Shown piece after piece: positions 39,448 to 51,367 of a stretch of DNA of 64,000 nucleotides. Position numbers and translations under genes: made by a program. Below the pieces are notes generated by a model. The model was not told the DNA's origin. It saw only the letters and a program-made list of their open reading frames with translations, and did not search any database. How positions within the stretch are numbered: the first letter of the stretch is position 1; every line of letters begins with the position of its first letter. Location of the stretch: assembly GCF_057098645.1 (NCBI RefSeq), contig NZ_CM169472.1. The stretch is one strand, 5' to 3'.

Positions 39448-39928
39448 TTTCGCCACTCCTGCGACCAAACAGCAGGGCGCGACGCCCTGCGTGTGGTACA
39501 TCCGGATTCGTGACTGGCAGCGAAAGGATCATTCGTGCGCAGTCATCCGTCAGGCGTTGGCCCTCTTCAATCGACATACTGTGCGAAAGCGGTGACATCA
39601 GCGAACAGGAGAGGTATTGCGAAACACCGTCCAGTTCGCCAACGGTAAAGGTCATGGTGCCATACGGCAGTTGCAGACCAATTTTTTCACTCACTTTGCG
39701 CAGCGGCCAGAGTTGATCCGGGCCGGGGAAGATAACTGCACTCAGCATCCACGGGGTGATCACACACCCCGTCCACTGACCTTCAAACAGCGTAAAATCA
39801 GAAACATACACCGGCATTGAAGGATGCAGAAAAGAGAGATCGTGCATCGAACGCCGGGCAATTTCTTCAAACGCTGCCTGTACTTGCGCCTTCGGGGAGG
39901 TCTGGAAACCTGCTATCTCTTCAGTCAT
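39440..39928 (-). CDS. hybE: hydrogenase-2 operon protein HybE (Tat proofreading chaperone)
   Basis: 162 aa from MTEEIAGFQTSPKA...; overlaps hybD and hybF. Confidence 0.85.
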   Translation of the reverse strand: MTEEIAGFQTSPKAQVQAAFEEIARRSMHDLSFLHPSMPVYVSDFTLFEGQWTGCVITPWMLSAVIFPGPDQLWPLRKVSEKIGLQLPYGTMTFTVGELDGVSQYLSCSLMSPLSHSMSIEEGQRLTDDCARMILSLPVTNPDVPHAGRRALLFGRRSGENA

Positions 39929-40415
39929 GAATCGCCTCCCGTGGGATGGCTTCCACGCCAGATTCACGCAGCGCAGCCAGAACCTGCTCAAGCGCAGGTT
40001 CAATCATCGCTTCGACCGTCGGCGTCAAGCCGATGTGCGGCTCCAGTGATTCCGGAATTACGCCGACCAGGGTCAGCTTTTTCGGAAACTCGCCGGTGAA
40101 GCGCAGGGCCGACAAGACGTCGGCCAGGCCAAGCTGATGCGGAGAGATTTTGTTGGTAAACAACGCCGGAACTTCTTCATCCCGCAGGATCATCATCGTT
40201 CCCGGCGCGCTCTTCTTCGACACAATGGCATCCGCAATAATCAGATGATCGCGATTTGCCATGTCGCCAAGTAGCTCCATTCCCGCCGTGCCGCCATCGA
40301 GGATCTCAACATAATCCGGCAGAATGTATCGTTGCTCTAACGCTTCGACAATCCGCACACCGATGGCTTCATCGGTCAGCAAAATATTGCCGACCCCTAA
40401 GACTAAAATACGCAT
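39921..40415 (-). CDS. hybD: hydrogenase-2 maturation endopeptidase
   Basis: 164 aa MRILVLGVGNILLTDEAIG... HycI/HybD protease family. Confidence 0.9.
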   Translation of the reverse strand: MRILVLGVGNILLTDEAIGVRIVEALEQRYILPDYVEILDGGTAGMELLGDMANRDHLIIADAIVSKKSAPGTMMILRDEEVPALFTNKISPHQLGLADVLSALRFTGEFPKKLTLVGVIPESLEPHIGLTPTVEAMIEPALEQVLAALRESGVEAIPREAIHD

Positions 40416-42118
40416 TACAGAACCTTCACTGAAACCACTTCGTTGCCGTCAGCATCCACTACGTGTACCGCACAGGCCATGCACGGGTCGAAGGAGTGAA
40501 TGGTACGCACCACTTCCAGCGGTTTATTCGGATCAGCAACCGGTGTACCCACCAGCGACTGCTCGTAAGGACCGACGTCATCATTGAAGTTACGCGGGCC
40601 AGAGTTCCAGGTTGATGGAACAACTGCCTGGTAGTTGCTGATGATACCGTCTTTGATCACCATCCAGTGAGAGAGCATACCGCGCGGCGCTTCGAGGAAG
40701 CCAACACCTTTGAACTCACCCGTTGCCGGAATGTTCGGCTTCACAAAGGTGGTGTGGTCGCCTTTGCCGATATTGGTGATCAGTGCACTGTATTGATTTT
40801 GCAGGATATCCTGCAATTCGCAGCAGTGAACGGTACGACCAATAATACGGCCCAGCGTAGAGTGCAGTTGCGCCACTTCTAGCGTGTTACCAGTCAGTTT
40901 CTGATAAATCGCAACGATTTCATTCAGTTTGTTCTGGGTAGATTCGCGTCCTGCCGCCAGTTTCACCAGCATGTTAGCCAGCGGACCCACTTCTACCGTT
41001 TTGCCGTAGAAAGTCGGCGATTTCACCCAGGAGTATTTACCGTCGTCAGACCAACCGTCGTAAGCCGGAATGGTGGTGCCTTCCCACGGTGCCTGCGGCG
41101 CTTCGTCTTTATACCAGGAGTGCTTCGCGCTTTCCTGAATCCCTTTGATCAGGTATTCATCAGAGTGCGAAGTGATCGGACGGTAAGTCGATAGATCGGC
41201 ATTCTGGATGTAGCCGCCAGGGAACAGGAAGCTGCCGTTTTTGCTGTCAGTCGGGAATTCCGGCACGCTCAGGTAGTTCACCGCACCTTTACCACGCCCC
41301 AGCCATTCCGGGTAGAACGCAGCGATAACCGCGGTATCGACCTTGTAAACCTGCTCAACAAAGTCACTCAGCTTGTCGATGAAGGACTTGATGTACATCA
41401 GACGCTCAAGGTTCAGCACGCCCAGACCGTCGAGGTTGATCGGGTTAGCGACCCCACCTACCGCCAGGTTCTGAATGTGCGGCGTTTTACCGCCCAGCAG
41501 CGCCACGACGCGGTTTGCGTCACGCTGGCACTCCAGCGCTTGCAGGTAGTGCGCTACCGCAATCAGGTTCACTTCCGGCGGCAGTTTCATCGCCGGGTGA
41601 CCCCAGTAGCCATTGGCGAAAATACCCAACTGACCGCTGGCAACCAGATCTTTGATCTTGTTCTGAACTTTGGTGAACTCTTCCGGACTGTTCAGGTGCC
41701 AGGTCGAAACACCTTTCAGCATTTCGGAGGCTTTGGTTGGGTCAGCTTGCAGTGCAGAAGTGATGTCCACCCAGTCCAGCGCCGAAAGCTGATAGAAATG
41801 AACGATATGGTCATGCGTGGTGTGCGCAGCCAGAATGATGTTACGGATGTATTGCGCGTTAACCGGAACGTCGATATTCAGCGCACTTTCTGCCGCACGA
41901 ACGGAAGACAGCGCGTGAGTGGTAGTACATACGCCACAGATACGTTGCACAATCATCCATGCATCGCGCGGATCGCGGTTTTTCACGATCTCTTCCATGC
42001 CGCGCCACATGGTACCGGAAGCCCATGCTTTCGAAACGACGCCATTTTCGATTTCGCAATCGATGCGTAAATGCCCCTCAATACGGGTTACCGGATCAAT
42101 AGTAATTCTCTGGCTCAT
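40415..42118 (-). CDS. hybC: [NiFe] hydrogenase-2 large subunit
   Basis: 567 aa; N-terminal RxCGxC and C-terminal DPCxxCxxH Ni-binding motifs. Confidence 0.95.
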   Translation of the reverse strand: MSQRITIDPVTRIEGHLRIDCEIENGVVSKAWASGTMWRGMEEIVKNRDPRDAWMIVQRICGVCTTTHALSSVRAAESALNIDVPVNAQYIRNIILAAHTTHDHIVHFYQLSALDWVDITSALQADPTKASEMLKGVSTWHLNSPEEFTKVQNKIKDLVASGQLGIFANGYWGHPAMKLPPEVNLIAVAHYLQALECQRDANRVVALLGGKTPHIQNLAVGGVANPINLDGLGVLNLERLMYIKSFIDKLSDFVEQVYKVDTAVIAAFYPEWLGRGKGAVNYLSVPEFPTDSKNGSFLFPGGYIQNADLSTYRPITSHSDEYLIKGIQESAKHSWYKDEAPQAPWEGTTIPAYDGWSDDGKYSWVKSPTFYGKTVEVGPLANMLVKLAAGRESTQNKLNEIVAIYQKLTGNTLEVAQLHSTLGRIIGRTVHCCELQDILQNQYSALITNIGKGDHTTFVKPNIPATGEFKGVGFLEAPRGMLSHWMVIKDGIISNYQAVVPSTWNSGPRNFNDDVGPYEQSLVGTPVADPNKPLEVVRTIHSFDPCMACAVHVVDADGNEVVSVKVL

Positions 42119-43293
42119 GCTTTGCTCGCCTCATGACGATTATGATCGTTTTGTTTTAAAGGAGGAAGTATCGGCAGTAGACGAATGAGTACGATGTAAG
42201 CGCAAATCTCAATAGCCACAAAACCAATAGAAATCAACAGTTCTTCCCAGGTTGGGAAGTAGGCGTAACCGCCGCCCGGGTTGAATGCCACCAGCGAATA
42301 GGTCAGACGCCAGGTTGCACAACCTAACAGTGCGCTCAGTGCTGACAGGAACAGCATGCGGGAATCATTACGCAGCTTCGCCACACGCAGAACGACCAGC
42401 GGGAAGAGCATCAGCAGGACTTCAATCCAGAACATCACGGAGTAGAAGTCACCGGCAAACGCTAACGACAGCTTGTCGCGATAGATAAGCTCGCCAAAGC
42501 GCAGCACGATGAAAATCGCCAGCAACACACTGATGGTGTTGGTCAGCTTGACGAACAGGCTCTTTTCATCCGGACCGTTGCCACGCAGACCCGCCTGCAC
42601 CAGTGAACCTTCAAAGATGACAATCGAGAAGCCCATGATGAACGCCGTCAGCAGCGAGAACAGCGGCAACATTTCATAGCTCTGCCACAGCGGATGCACC
42701 TTGTAGCCCGCCGAGATCATCAGCGACCCCATTGAAGACTGGTGCATGGTCGGCAGCAGCGCACCGAGCGCGATGATGAAGAACATCACCTTGTTCAGAC
42801 GCTGTAGCGACACCTTCCAGCCCAGACGTTCAAACAGTGCCGGAGCAAACTCCAGAGCCATCACGCCGATGTAGATGGTCATACAGACCGCCGTCTCGAA
42901 CAGTACCGAGTTCACGTTGAAGTGACCCGGAATGTAGAAGTACGGCAGGTTCCAGTAGCGACCCACGTCGATAGTGATCGACAAGCCACCCAGTGAGTAA
43001 CCAAACAGACTCGCCAACAGCGCCGGACGCACCAGCGGATGGTATTGCCCACGGTTAAAGACGTATACCGCCCACGCCAGCGCCCAGCCGCCACAGGCAA
43101 AGCCGGTGCCAATCAGCAGGTCAAACGCGATCCACACGCCCCACGGGAAGCCGCCGTTCAGGTCAGAGACAGAGCCCAGACCGAACACCAGACGCTTCAC
43201 AATCAGGAGCATACAGATGACGATTAACGGTCCAAAAATCATGACCGGTTTACTGATGATTTTGCCGCCCAGCGGTTTTGGATCATGACTCAT
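42115..43293 (-). CDS. hybB: hydrogenase-2 integral membrane subunit
   Basis: 392 aa polytopic membrane protein (NrfD/PsrC family) in hyb operon. Confidence 0.9.
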   Translation of the reverse strand: MSHDPKPLGGKIISKPVMIFGPLIVICMLLIVKRLVFGLGSVSDLNGGFPWGVWIAFDLLIGTGFACGGWALAWAVYVFNRGQYHPLVRPALLASLFGYSLGGLSITIDVGRYWNLPYFYIPGHFNVNSVLFETAVCMTIYIGVMALEFAPALFERLGWKVSLQRLNKVMFFIIALGALLPTMHQSSMGSLMISAGYKVHPLWQSYEMLPLFSLLTAFIMGFSIVIFEGSLVQAGLRGNGPDEKSLFVKLTNTISVLLAIFIVLRFGELIYRDKLSLAFAGDFYSVMFWIEVLLMLFPLVVLRVAKLRNDSRMLFLSALSALLGCATWRLTYSLVAFNPGGGYAYFPTWEELLISIGFVAIEICAYIVLIRLLPILPPLKQNDHNRHEASKA

Positions 43294-44269
43294 GATCGTC
43301 TCCTCCGTCGTGATGGTCGTTTTTGGTGTTGCGACGAACCAGCACGGTTAAGCCCGCCAGCACAGCCAGTGGTAGCATCATGCCTTTATACAGGGTGTGT
43401 TGAATATTTTCGGAACGCGCACCGGTAGAAAGATCGTCCAGTTTCGGCAGGTCGAGATTTTCATAAGGCACACCCGTCAGTACCAGAACCTGAGTACCGC
43501 CGCCCTCTTTCTCGCCGTACAGATGCGGATAATATTTCGGCACCGTATGCAGGTAAGTGTCGCCAGATTTCAGCGTCTGACGCGGATAGTGGTATTCGCT
43601 GCCAGGCTTCAGCGCCAGACGTTTTTTCGCCTCCGCCATCAGCTCTTCACGCGTACCAAAAATCACCGCGCCCGCCGGGCACACTTCTACGCAGCCAGGC
43701 AGACCGCCTTTATCGAGACGTTCCACACCTTTCTGGTTGCACAGCTCGCACTTATGCAGCGCACCAAACGGGTTGTTGTAGTCGTACTTCGGCACGTTGT
43801 ACGGACAGGCGACCATGCAGTAACGGCAGCCGGTGCACACGTCTTTGTCGTAATGGACAATGCCGGTTTTCGGATCTTTTTTCAGTGCAGAAACCGGGCA
43901 CACAGAGACACAGTTCGGATCGACGCAGTGCATACACTGTTTCTTAATGTACGCGTAGCCGTTCTCCTCCTGGTCTTTGTTGACGCCAGTGCCGCTGGTC
44001 CACACCTGAATGATGTTATTGGTATACGGCGATAGTTTGTCGTTGTTCGACCAGGTCTGTTCCCCTCGCGGGTTACGTTCAGGGAAGTTGATATCCTGAC
44101 ACTTGGTGACGCAAGCCTGGCAGCCTACGCACAAGGTCGAGTCGTACAACATCCCCAGCGATCCCGGAATTGGCGGGCGGTTTTCAGCAGCCGCATGACT
44201 GACAGACGGCAACGCGCCCGTCAGCAATGCCCCGCAGGAGGCTGCTTTAATAAAATTACGTCTGTTCAC
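43283..44269 (-). CDS. hybA: hydrogenase-2 4Fe-4S ferredoxin-type subunit
   Basis: 328 aa; Tat signal RRNFIK; multiple CxxCxxCxxxCP clusters. Confidence 0.95.
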   Translation of the reverse strand: MNRRNFIKAASCGALLTGALPSVSHAAAENRPPIPGSLGMLYDSTLCVGCQACVTKCQDINFPERNPRGEQTWSNNDKLSPYTNNIIQVWTSGTGVNKDQEENGYAYIKKQCMHCVDPNCVSVCPVSALKKDPKTGIVHYDKDVCTGCRYCMVACPYNVPKYDYNNPFGALHKCELCNQKGVERLDKGGLPGCVEVCPAGAVIFGTREELMAEAKKRLALKPGSEYHYPRQTLKSGDTYLHTVPKYYPHLYGEKEGGGTQVLVLTGVPYENLDLPKLDDLSTGARSENIQHTLYKGMMLPLAVLAGLTVLVRRNTKNDHHDGGDDHES

Positions 44270-44271
44270 GG

Positions 44272-45390
44272 TTATTCTCCCCGTGAGTCAGCGTTATCTT
44301 TCTTTTGCTGACGACCCAGTTCACGCACCGCCATCACGCTGACACCGGCAACCAGCCCAACCACACCGCCGAGCAAACCAATAGCGCCCGCAGAGACGTT
44401 GCCGCCTTCTTTAGCGTTAACGTCCGGTTTCTGTGAACGCGGAGTCTGATTTTCGACGTTGGCAAGCTGATGGATGCCTTTATGGAAGCCGATACCTTCT
44501 TCGTTACAGCCATAGCACGGGTGACCAATCGCCACCGGCCACACACCGCCAACATCGCAGAATTGCAGCGTTGAGCAGTTGCCGTAAGTTTCTGGCCCTT
44601 TACAGCCGAGGTGGTACAGGCACCAGCCTTCGCGGTGGCCTTCATCACCGAACTCTTTGGCAAAACGACCAGCATCGAAGTGCGGGCGACGTTCGCAGTG
44701 TTCGTGAATCAGACGGCCATAGGCGAAGGTCGGACGGTTTTTGTCATCCAGTTTCGGCGGTTTGCCGTAAGTGATGATGTGCGCAACGGTCGCGAGGAAG
44801 TTGTGCGGGTTCGGCGGGCAGCCCGGAATATTGATAACGGTTTTGCCTGGCAGAACTTCTTGCAGGCTGACTGCGCCAGTTGGGTTAACTCCAGCTGCGG
44901 CAACACCGCCCCACGCAGAGCAGGAACCGATAGCGATAATGGCTGCTGCGCCTTCCGCCGCTTTGCGGATGTGATCCACAATCGGCTCACCGGCAACCAT
45001 GCAATAAATACCGTTATCTTTTAATGGGATGGAACCATCCACCACTAACACATACTGCCCTTTGTACTTCTCGAGAGCGTTATGTTTGTTCTCTTCGACC
45101 TGATGACCGAAGGCGGCGGAAAGCACTTCGTGATACTCCAGAGAGATAGTCTCCAGTACGAGGTTTTCTACCGTTGGATGCGTTGCACGAAGCAGAGATT
45201 CCGTACAACCGGTGCACTCCTGCGCGCCAATCCAGATAACTGGCGGACGCTGCGGGTTAGTAACCGATTCGGCCATCTCTGCAGCGGCTTTGCTACTTAA
45301 CCCCATGGTGGCGGCTAATGCTGCACAAAGCTTCATGAAATCACGACGGTTAATGCCGTGAGAATGGATGAGGGTGTTATCTCCAGTCAT
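44272..45390 (-). CDS. hybO: [NiFe] hydrogenase-2 small subunit
   Basis: 372 aa; Tat signal RRDFMK; Fe-S cysteine motifs. Confidence 0.95.
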   Translation of the reverse strand: MTGDNTLIHSHGINRRDFMKLCAALAATMGLSSKAAAEMAESVTNPQRPPVIWIGAQECTGCTESLLRATHPTVENLVLETISLEYHEVLSAAFGHQVEENKHNALEKYKGQYVLVVDGSIPLKDNGIYCMVAGEPIVDHIRKAAEGAAAIIAIGSCSAWGGVAAAGVNPTGAVSLQEVLPGKTVINIPGCPPNPHNFLATVAHIITYGKPPKLDDKNRPTFAYGRLIHEHCERRPHFDAGRFAKEFGDEGHREGWCLYHLGCKGPETYGNCSTLQFCDVGGVWPVAIGHPCYGCNEEGIGFHKGIHQLANVENQTPRSQKPDVNAKEGGNVSAGAIGLLGGVVGLVAGVSVMAVRELGRQQKKDNADSRGE

Positions 45391-45578
45391 TTATAGTTAT
45401 TCCGTTGCGAAGACCTGGCATATATTTTGCCTCAATCGCAAAATCAATAATGCGATCGATGCGCCATTTACCACACATTTATTATGGTTATCGATATCAT
45501 GATACTGCGGCGGGGTGCTAAAACGAAGGGAAGAAGCATTAGTGTAATTAATTAAAGCAAGATAATACGTATGTTTGA

Positions 45579-45866
45579 TCAATTTTCGAGGCGATAACCG
45601 GCCATAAAAAAGCGCAACGTAGAACAGGAATTATTCTCACGAAAGAAATCCATTACCATCTCTTTATCCAGTCCATAGCGGCGCGTCAGAATACCCGCTT
45701 CCCAGGCGCTAAGCTGGCGATCTCCGGTCTTTTCGTACATCCGGTGTGAGTAGCCTAATACAAAACCGCGTTTATAATCGGCACAGAATTTTGTCACATT
45801 AACCGCACTGTCGGCATGCGTTGCTTTTAATCCCGCCATTAAGCCTTTACCAAAATGGTTATTCAT
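45579..45866 (-). CDS. yghW: DUF2623-family small protein
   Basis: 95 aa; position between hybO and yghX as in K-12. Confidence 0.8.
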
Positions 45867-45984
45867 CGTTCACCTCATTCGCTATATATCGTCATATATA
45901 GCGATATTTTAGGCAAAGAACGACCTTTGCGCACGCTATTTTTTCATGCTTGTTTAAGACGTAATCCCGTAAGAGATAAACCTA

Positions 45985-46872
45985 TCAGGAGAGATATTTA
46001 TCGAACCATTTCAGTGTCCTTTGCCAGGCAAGATCGGCGGCAGATTTGTCATAACGGGGCGTGGAATCATTATGGAATCCGTGATTAACCCCCGGATAGA
46101 TATACGCCTCATAAACCTTATTATTGGCTTTCAACGCCGCCTCGTAAGCAGGCCAGCCCTCGTTGATTCGGGTGTCCAGTTCCGCGAAGTGGAGTAGTAA
46201 AGGCGCTTCAATCTTCGCCACATCGGCAGTGGGTGCCTGACGACCATAAAACGGCACCGCGCAGGCCAGTTCCGGATACGCGACAGCCGCCGCGTTCGAT
46301 ACGCCACCGCCATAGCAAAATCCGGTAATACCCACTTTGTCTGTCGCTTGCGGATAGCGTTGCATAAACTCAATTGCGGCAAAGAAATCATTCATCAGTT
46401 TGGTTGGATCAACCTGCTGTTGCAGCTCACGACCTTTATCATCATTACCCGGATAACCGCCAACGGAACTTAAGCCGTCAGGTGCCAGGGCGATATACCC
46501 CGCCTTCGCCACTCGCCGTGCCACATCTTCGATATACGGATTCAGTCCACGATTCTCATGCACCACCACCACGGCTGGCGTTTTGCCGCTCATCCTTGCG
46601 GGTTTCACCAGATAACCCCGTACCTCGCCGTGACCATTTGGCGAAGGATACGTGATGTACTCAGCAACAATCTCCGGGTCGGTAAACTCTACCTGAGTCG
46701 CCAGCGCATAATTTGGCTTGAGCAAATCAAACAACGCTAATGCCGTCATCCCGCCTACCGCATACTTCGCCGCAAGGTTGAGGAACTCACGTTTCGAGAT
46801 TTTCCCGTGAGCGTAATAGTCGTAGTAATCCAGCAACTCTTGTGGGAAATCTTTGGCGGTTAAACGCGGCAT
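45985..46872 (-). CDS. yghX: dienelactone hydrolase-family protein, apparently intact here
   Basis: 295 aa from MPRLTAKDF... with GAGGAG RBS; alpha/beta hydrolase nucleophile motif GFCYGG. Confidence 0.8.
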   Translation of the reverse strand: MPRLTAKDFPQELLDYYDYYAHGKISKREFLNLAAKYAVGGMTALALFDLLKPNYALATQVEFTDPEIVAEYITYPSPNGHGEVRGYLVKPARMSGKTPAVVVVHENRGLNPYIEDVARRVAKAGYIALAPDGLSSVGGYPGNDDKGRELQQQVDPTKLMNDFFAAIEFMQRYPQATDKVGITGFCYGGGVSNAAAVAYPELACAVPFYGRQAPTADVAKIEAPLLLHFAELDTRINEGWPAYEAALKANNKVYEAYIYPGVNHGFHNDSTPRYDKSAADLAWQRTLKWFDKYLS

Positions 46873-47028
46873 CGTTGCACTCCTCAGTTGGTGTTTTTTT
46901 AAGCAAAGCATAAGCACGTGTTTTTGCCCAGTTTTTCGTCACTCTGTGAGCCAGACTACGGGATACGCGCTGGCGAATCGCTAAACTAGAAACATTGTTT
47001 CGAAATTGAACGGTGGAAAGGAGAGGTC

Positions 47029-48069
47029 ATGGTCTGGTTAGCGAATCCCGAACGTTACGGGCAGATGCAATACCGCTATTGCGGAAAAAGCGGTTTACGC
47101 CTGCCCGCGTTATCGCTCGGTTTATGGCACAATTTCGGTCACGTTAACGCGCTGGAATCACAGCGTGCGATCCTGCGTAAAGCGTTTGATTTGGGCATTA
47201 CGCACTTTGATTTAGCCAACAATTACGGGCCGGCTCCAGGAAGCGCAGAAGAGAACTTTGGTCGCCTGCTGCGGGAGGATTTTGCCGCTTATCGCGATGA
47301 ACTGATTATCTCTACCAAGGCTGGCTACGATATGTGGCCCGGCCCGTACGGCTCTGGCGGTTCACGTAAATACCTGCTCGCCAGCCTCGACCAAAGCCTG
47401 AAGCGTATGGGGCTTGAGTATGTCGATATCTTTTACTCTCATCGCGTCGATGAAAATACGCCGATGGAAGAAACCGCCTCTGCGCTGGCTCATGCGGTAC
47501 AAAGCGGTAAGGCGCTGTATGTCGGGATCTCCTCTTACTCGCCAGAGCGGACGCAAAAAATGGTCGAGTTGCTGCACGAGTGGAAAATTCCGCTGTTAAT
47601 TCATCAACCTTCGTACAATTTACTAAACCGCTGGGTGGATAAAAGCGGCCTGCTGGATACCCTGCAAAATAACGGCGTGGGCTGCATTGCCTTTACTCCT
47701 CTGGCTCAGGGATTGCTGACCGGAAAATATCTCAACGGCATTCCTGAAGATTCACGGATGCATCGTGAAGGGAATAAAGTTCGTGGCCTGACGCCGAAAA
47801 TGCTCACCGAAGCCAACCTCAACAGCCTGCGCTTATTGAATGAAATGGCACAGCAGCGTGGACAATCAATGGCGCAAATGGCGTTAAGCTGGTTGCTGAA
47901 AGATGAGCGAGTGACGTCGGTATTGATTGGTGCCAGCCGCGCGGAGCAACTTGAGGAGAACGTGCAGGCGCTGAGTAATCTGACGTTTAGCACCGAGGAG
48001 CTGGCGCAGATTGATCAGCATATCGCCGATGGCGAGCTGAATCTGTGGCAGGCGTCTTCCGATAAATGA
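47029..48069 (+). CDS. gpr: L-glyceraldehyde 3-phosphate reductase (aldo-keto reductase)
   Basis: 346 aa AKR family; matches YghZ/Gpr. Confidence 0.9.
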   Translation: MVWLANPERYGQMQYRYCGKSGLRLPALSLGLWHNFGHVNALESQRAILRKAFDLGITHFDLANNYGPAPGSAEENFGRLLREDFAAYRDELIISTKAGYDMWPGPYGSGGSRKYLLASLDQSLKRMGLEYVDIFYSHRVDENTPMEETASALAHAVQSGKALYVGISSYSPERTQKMVELLHEWKIPLLIHQPSYNLLNRWVDKSGLLDTLQNNGVGCIAFTPLAQGLLTGKYLNGIPEDSRMHREGNKVRGLTPKMLTEANLNSLRLLNEMAQQRGQSMAQMALSWLLKDERVTSVLIGASRAEQLEENVQALSNLTFSTEELAQIDQHIADGELNLWQASSDK

Positions 48070-48108
48070 CCTGTTAATAACGGGCGCGAGAACCGCGCCC
48101 GAATCAGA

Positions 48109-48672
<564 letters not shown>

Positions 48673-48793
48673 TCAACATATCCGTTAAACCTTTGTCGCA
48701 TAATTCTGAGGGTTAGGGATCTTCCTGGTTCCCTTATCAACGCATCGAGAGCGTCTACCCTTAAAGGACGTTGAACCTGAAGGGAGAAAAACG

Positions 48794-49678
48794 ATGTCTC
48801 ATATAAAAGACCCGACCACGCAGTATTACACTGGTGAATATCCCAAACAGAAACAACCGACGCCAGGCATCCAGGCGAAGATGACACCGGTACCGGATTG
48901 CGGCGAGAAAACCTATGTTGGTAGCGGTCGCCTGAAAGATCGTAAAGCACTGGTGACAGGGGGCGATTCCGGAATCGGTCGCGCTGCCGCCATCGCTTAC
49001 GCGCGTGAAGGGGCTGACGTGGCGATCAGTTATCTTCCCGTGGAAGAAGAAGACGCTCAGGATGTGAAAAAGATCATTGAAGAATGCGGACGCAAAGCCG
49101 TTCTGCTGCCAGGCGATTTAAGCGATGAGAAATTCGCCCGTTCGCTGGTTCACGAAGCGCACAAGGCGTTAGGCGGGCTGGATATTATGGCGCTGGTCGC
49201 CGGGAAACAGGTTGCCATTCCTGATATTGCAGACCTCACCAGCGAACAGTTTCAAAAGACCTTTGCCATTAACGTTTTCGCGCTGTTCTGGCTAACCCAG
49301 GAAGCGATCCCCCTGCTACCGAAAGGTGCAAGTATCATCACCACTTCGTCAATCCAGGCATACCAGCCAAGTCCGCATTTACTGGACTATGCGGCTACGA
49401 AGGCGGCGATTCTGAACTACAGCCGTGGCCTGGCAAAACAGGTCGCGGAGAAAGGTATTCGGGTGAATATTGTCGCGCCAGGCCCTATCTGGACGGCACT
49501 ACAAATTTCCGGCGGACAAACGCAGGATAAGATCCCGCAGTTTGGTCAGAAAACGCCGATGAAGCGTGCGGGGCAACCGGCGGAACTGGCCCCAGTATAT
49601 GTTTATCTGGCAAGTCAGGAGTCGAGCTACGTCACCGCAGAAGTGCACGGTGTGTGCGGCGGCGAGCATTTAGGTTAA
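48794..49678 (+). CDS. yghA: SDR-family NAD(P)-dependent oxidoreductase
   Basis: 294 aa; [11 protein letters not shown]ossmann and YxxxK. Confidence 0.9.
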   Translation: MSHIKDPTTQYYTGEYPKQKQPTPGIQAKMTPVPDCGEKTYVGSGRLKDRKALVTGGDSGIGRAAAIAYAREGADVAISYLPVEEEDAQDVKKIIEECGRKAVLLPGDLSDEKFARSLVHEAHKALGGLDIMALVAGKQVAIPDIADLTSEQFQKTFAINVFALFWLTQEAIPLLPKGASIITTSSIQAYQPSPHLLDYAATKAAILNYSRGLAKQVAEKGIRVNIVAPGPIWTALQISGGQTQDKIPQFGQKTPMKRAGQPAELAPVYVYLASQESSYVTAEVHGVCGGEHLG

Positions 49679-49744
49679 AAAAATGCCCGGTTGTGAAAAG
49701 CAACCGGGCATCATTGTGAATTCACTCTTACCTGATGTGGCGAA

Positions 49745-49940
49745 AACGCCTTATCCGCCTACAAACGCATGAAGATTCAACATGTTGCAATAGATTTTGT
49801 AGGCCTGATAAGCGTAGCGCATCAGGCATTGAGCACCTAATGCCGGATGCGGCGTGAACGCCTTATCCGGCCTACAAACGCACGAAGATTCAACATGTTG
49901 CAATAGATTTTGTAGGCCTGATGAGCGTAGCGCATCAGGC
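49745..49940. repeat. tandemly duplicated REP/BIME unit (two copies of about 85 bp, period about 111 bp)
   Basis: ACGCCTTATCCG(G)CCTACAAACGCA(T/C)GAAGATTCAACATGTTGCAATAGATTTTGTAGGCCTGAT(A/G)AGCGTAGCGCATCAGGCA occurs at about 49745-49828 and 49856-49940. Confidence 0.8.
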
Positions 49941-49949
49941 AATTCTACT

Positions 49950-50375
49950 TTACTTCGCTTTGGCGGTTTCTTCGCCGACCAGACCTATCTTCAGGTAACC
50001 CGCCTGATGCAGCGTATCCATTACCTTCATCAACGTCTCGTAATCGACGGTTTTATCCGCTCGGAAGAAGATGGTGGTGTCTTTCTTGCCTTCGGTTAAC
50101 GCATTCAACGCCGTAATCATTGTTTCATCGGTGACCGGATCGTTACCGATAAACATCGAGTTGTCTGCCTTCACCGACAGATAAACCGGTTTTTCCGGGC
50201 GCGGCTGCGGCGTGCTGGTAGAAGCAGGCAAGTTAACCTTCACATCTACCGTCGCTAACGGTGCCGCCACCATAAAGATAATCAGCAGAACCAACATCAC
50301 GTCGATAAACGGCGTCACGTTGATATCATGCATTTCGCCGTTATCATCGAGGTTTTCGTTAAGATGCATTGCCAT
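49950..50375 (-). CDS. exbD: TonB-system biopolymer transport protein
   Basis: 141 aa; single TM; matches ExbD. Confidence 0.95.
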   Translation of the reverse strand: MAMHLNENLDDNGEMHDINVTPFIDVMLVLLIIFMVAAPLATVDVKVNLPASTSTPQPRPEKPVYLSVKADNSMFIGNDPVTDETMITALNALTEGKKDTTIFFRADKTVDYETLMKVMDTLHQAGYLKIGLVGEETAKAK

Positions 50376-50381
50376 CGGACA

Positions 50382-51116
50382 TTATCCTGCACGTAATTTT
50401 TGTGCGACACGAACCGGATGCGCAGCGGCGCTGGCTTCCAGATCCAGGTCACGGCTTTGCAGCAACAATACCTGCGCTGCAACATCACCCAGCATCGCTT
50501 TAAAGCCGCCAATCTGGCGTGCAAATACGTTATAGATAACGACCGCCGGAATCGCTGCCACCAGACCGATTGCCGTTGCTAACAGAGCTTCTGCGATACC
50601 CGGCGCAACGACTGCCAGGTTAGTAGTCTGCGTTTGCGCGATACCAATAAAGCTGTTCATGATGCCCCAGACCGTACCAAACAGACCAACGAACGGCGAA
50701 ATCGCGCCGATGGTTGCCAGATAGCCGTTACCGCGGCCCATTTGACGACCTACTGCGGCGACCCGACGCTCCAGACGGAAGCTGGTACGTTCTTTAATAC
50801 CTTCGTTATCGTCGCTGCCTTCTGACAGTTCCAGCTCATTCTGCGCTTCATTGAGCAAATGCAGGCTTAAGCTTTTGCTACCAAAATCAGCGGCGATATC
50901 GTTGGCCTGGTTTAAGGAACGCGCTTCAGCCAGCAGTTGCTGCTCGCGCTTAAGGCGACGCTTCTGATTGAAGAACTCTACGCTCTTACTGAAGAAGATT
51001 GCCCAGGTGACTACGGAGGCCAAAATAAGCCCAATCATCACGCACTTAACGACAATATCGGCGTGCTGATACATACCCCAGACGGAAAGGTCCGTCTGCA
51101 TTAAATTATTACCCAC
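50382..51116 (-). CDS. exbB: TonB-system proton-channel protein
   Basis: 244 aa; MotA/TolQ/ExbB family. Confidence 0.95.
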   Translation of the reverse strand: MGNNLMQTDLSVWGMYQHADIVVKCVMIGLILASVVTWAIFFSKSVEFFNQKRRLKREQQLLAEARSLNQANDIAADFGSKSLSLHLLNEAQNELELSEGSDDNEGIKERTSFRLERRVAAVGRQMGRGNGYLATIGAISPFVGLFGTVWGIMNSFIGIAQTQTTNLAVVAPGIAEALLATAIGLVAAIPAVVIYNVFARQIGGFKAMLGDVAAQVLLLQSRDLDLEASAAAHPVRVAQKLRAG

Positions 51117-51169
51117 TGTGTATCTCCAGGACGCAAGTCACAAAATCTGCGCATAATAATATCAAAACG

Positions 51170-51350
51170 ACGTCGAATTGATAGTCGTTCTCATTACTAT
51201 TTGCATACTGCCGTACCTTTGCTTTCTTTTCCTTGCGTTTACGCAGTAAAAAAGTCACCAGCACGCCATTTGCGAAAATTTTCTGCTTTATGCCAATTCT
51301 TCAGGATGCGCCCGCGAATATTCATGCTAGTTTAGACATCCAGACGTATA
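51170..51350. promoter_or_regulatory. exbB / metC divergent control region: candidate Fur box (about 51174-51200) and tandem MetJ met-boxes AGACATCC-AGACGTAT (51335-51350)
   Basis: GAATTGATAGTCGTTCTCATTACTATT resembles Fur consensus; two 8-bp met-box-like repeats just upstream of metC start. Confidence 0.4.
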
Positions 51351-51367
51351 AAAACAGGAATCCCGAC

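Noticed and set aside
48078-48100. Intrinsic terminator between gpr and yqhA (GGGCGCG-AGAAC-CGCGCCC)
   Set aside because: The stem-loop is present but lacks a convincing T-run on either side, so it is not listed as a feature.
49745-49940. Possible CRISPR array (direct repeats)
   Set aside because: Only two repeat copies, the repeats are REP-type palindromes, the spacer is a single short segment, and no cas genes are present.
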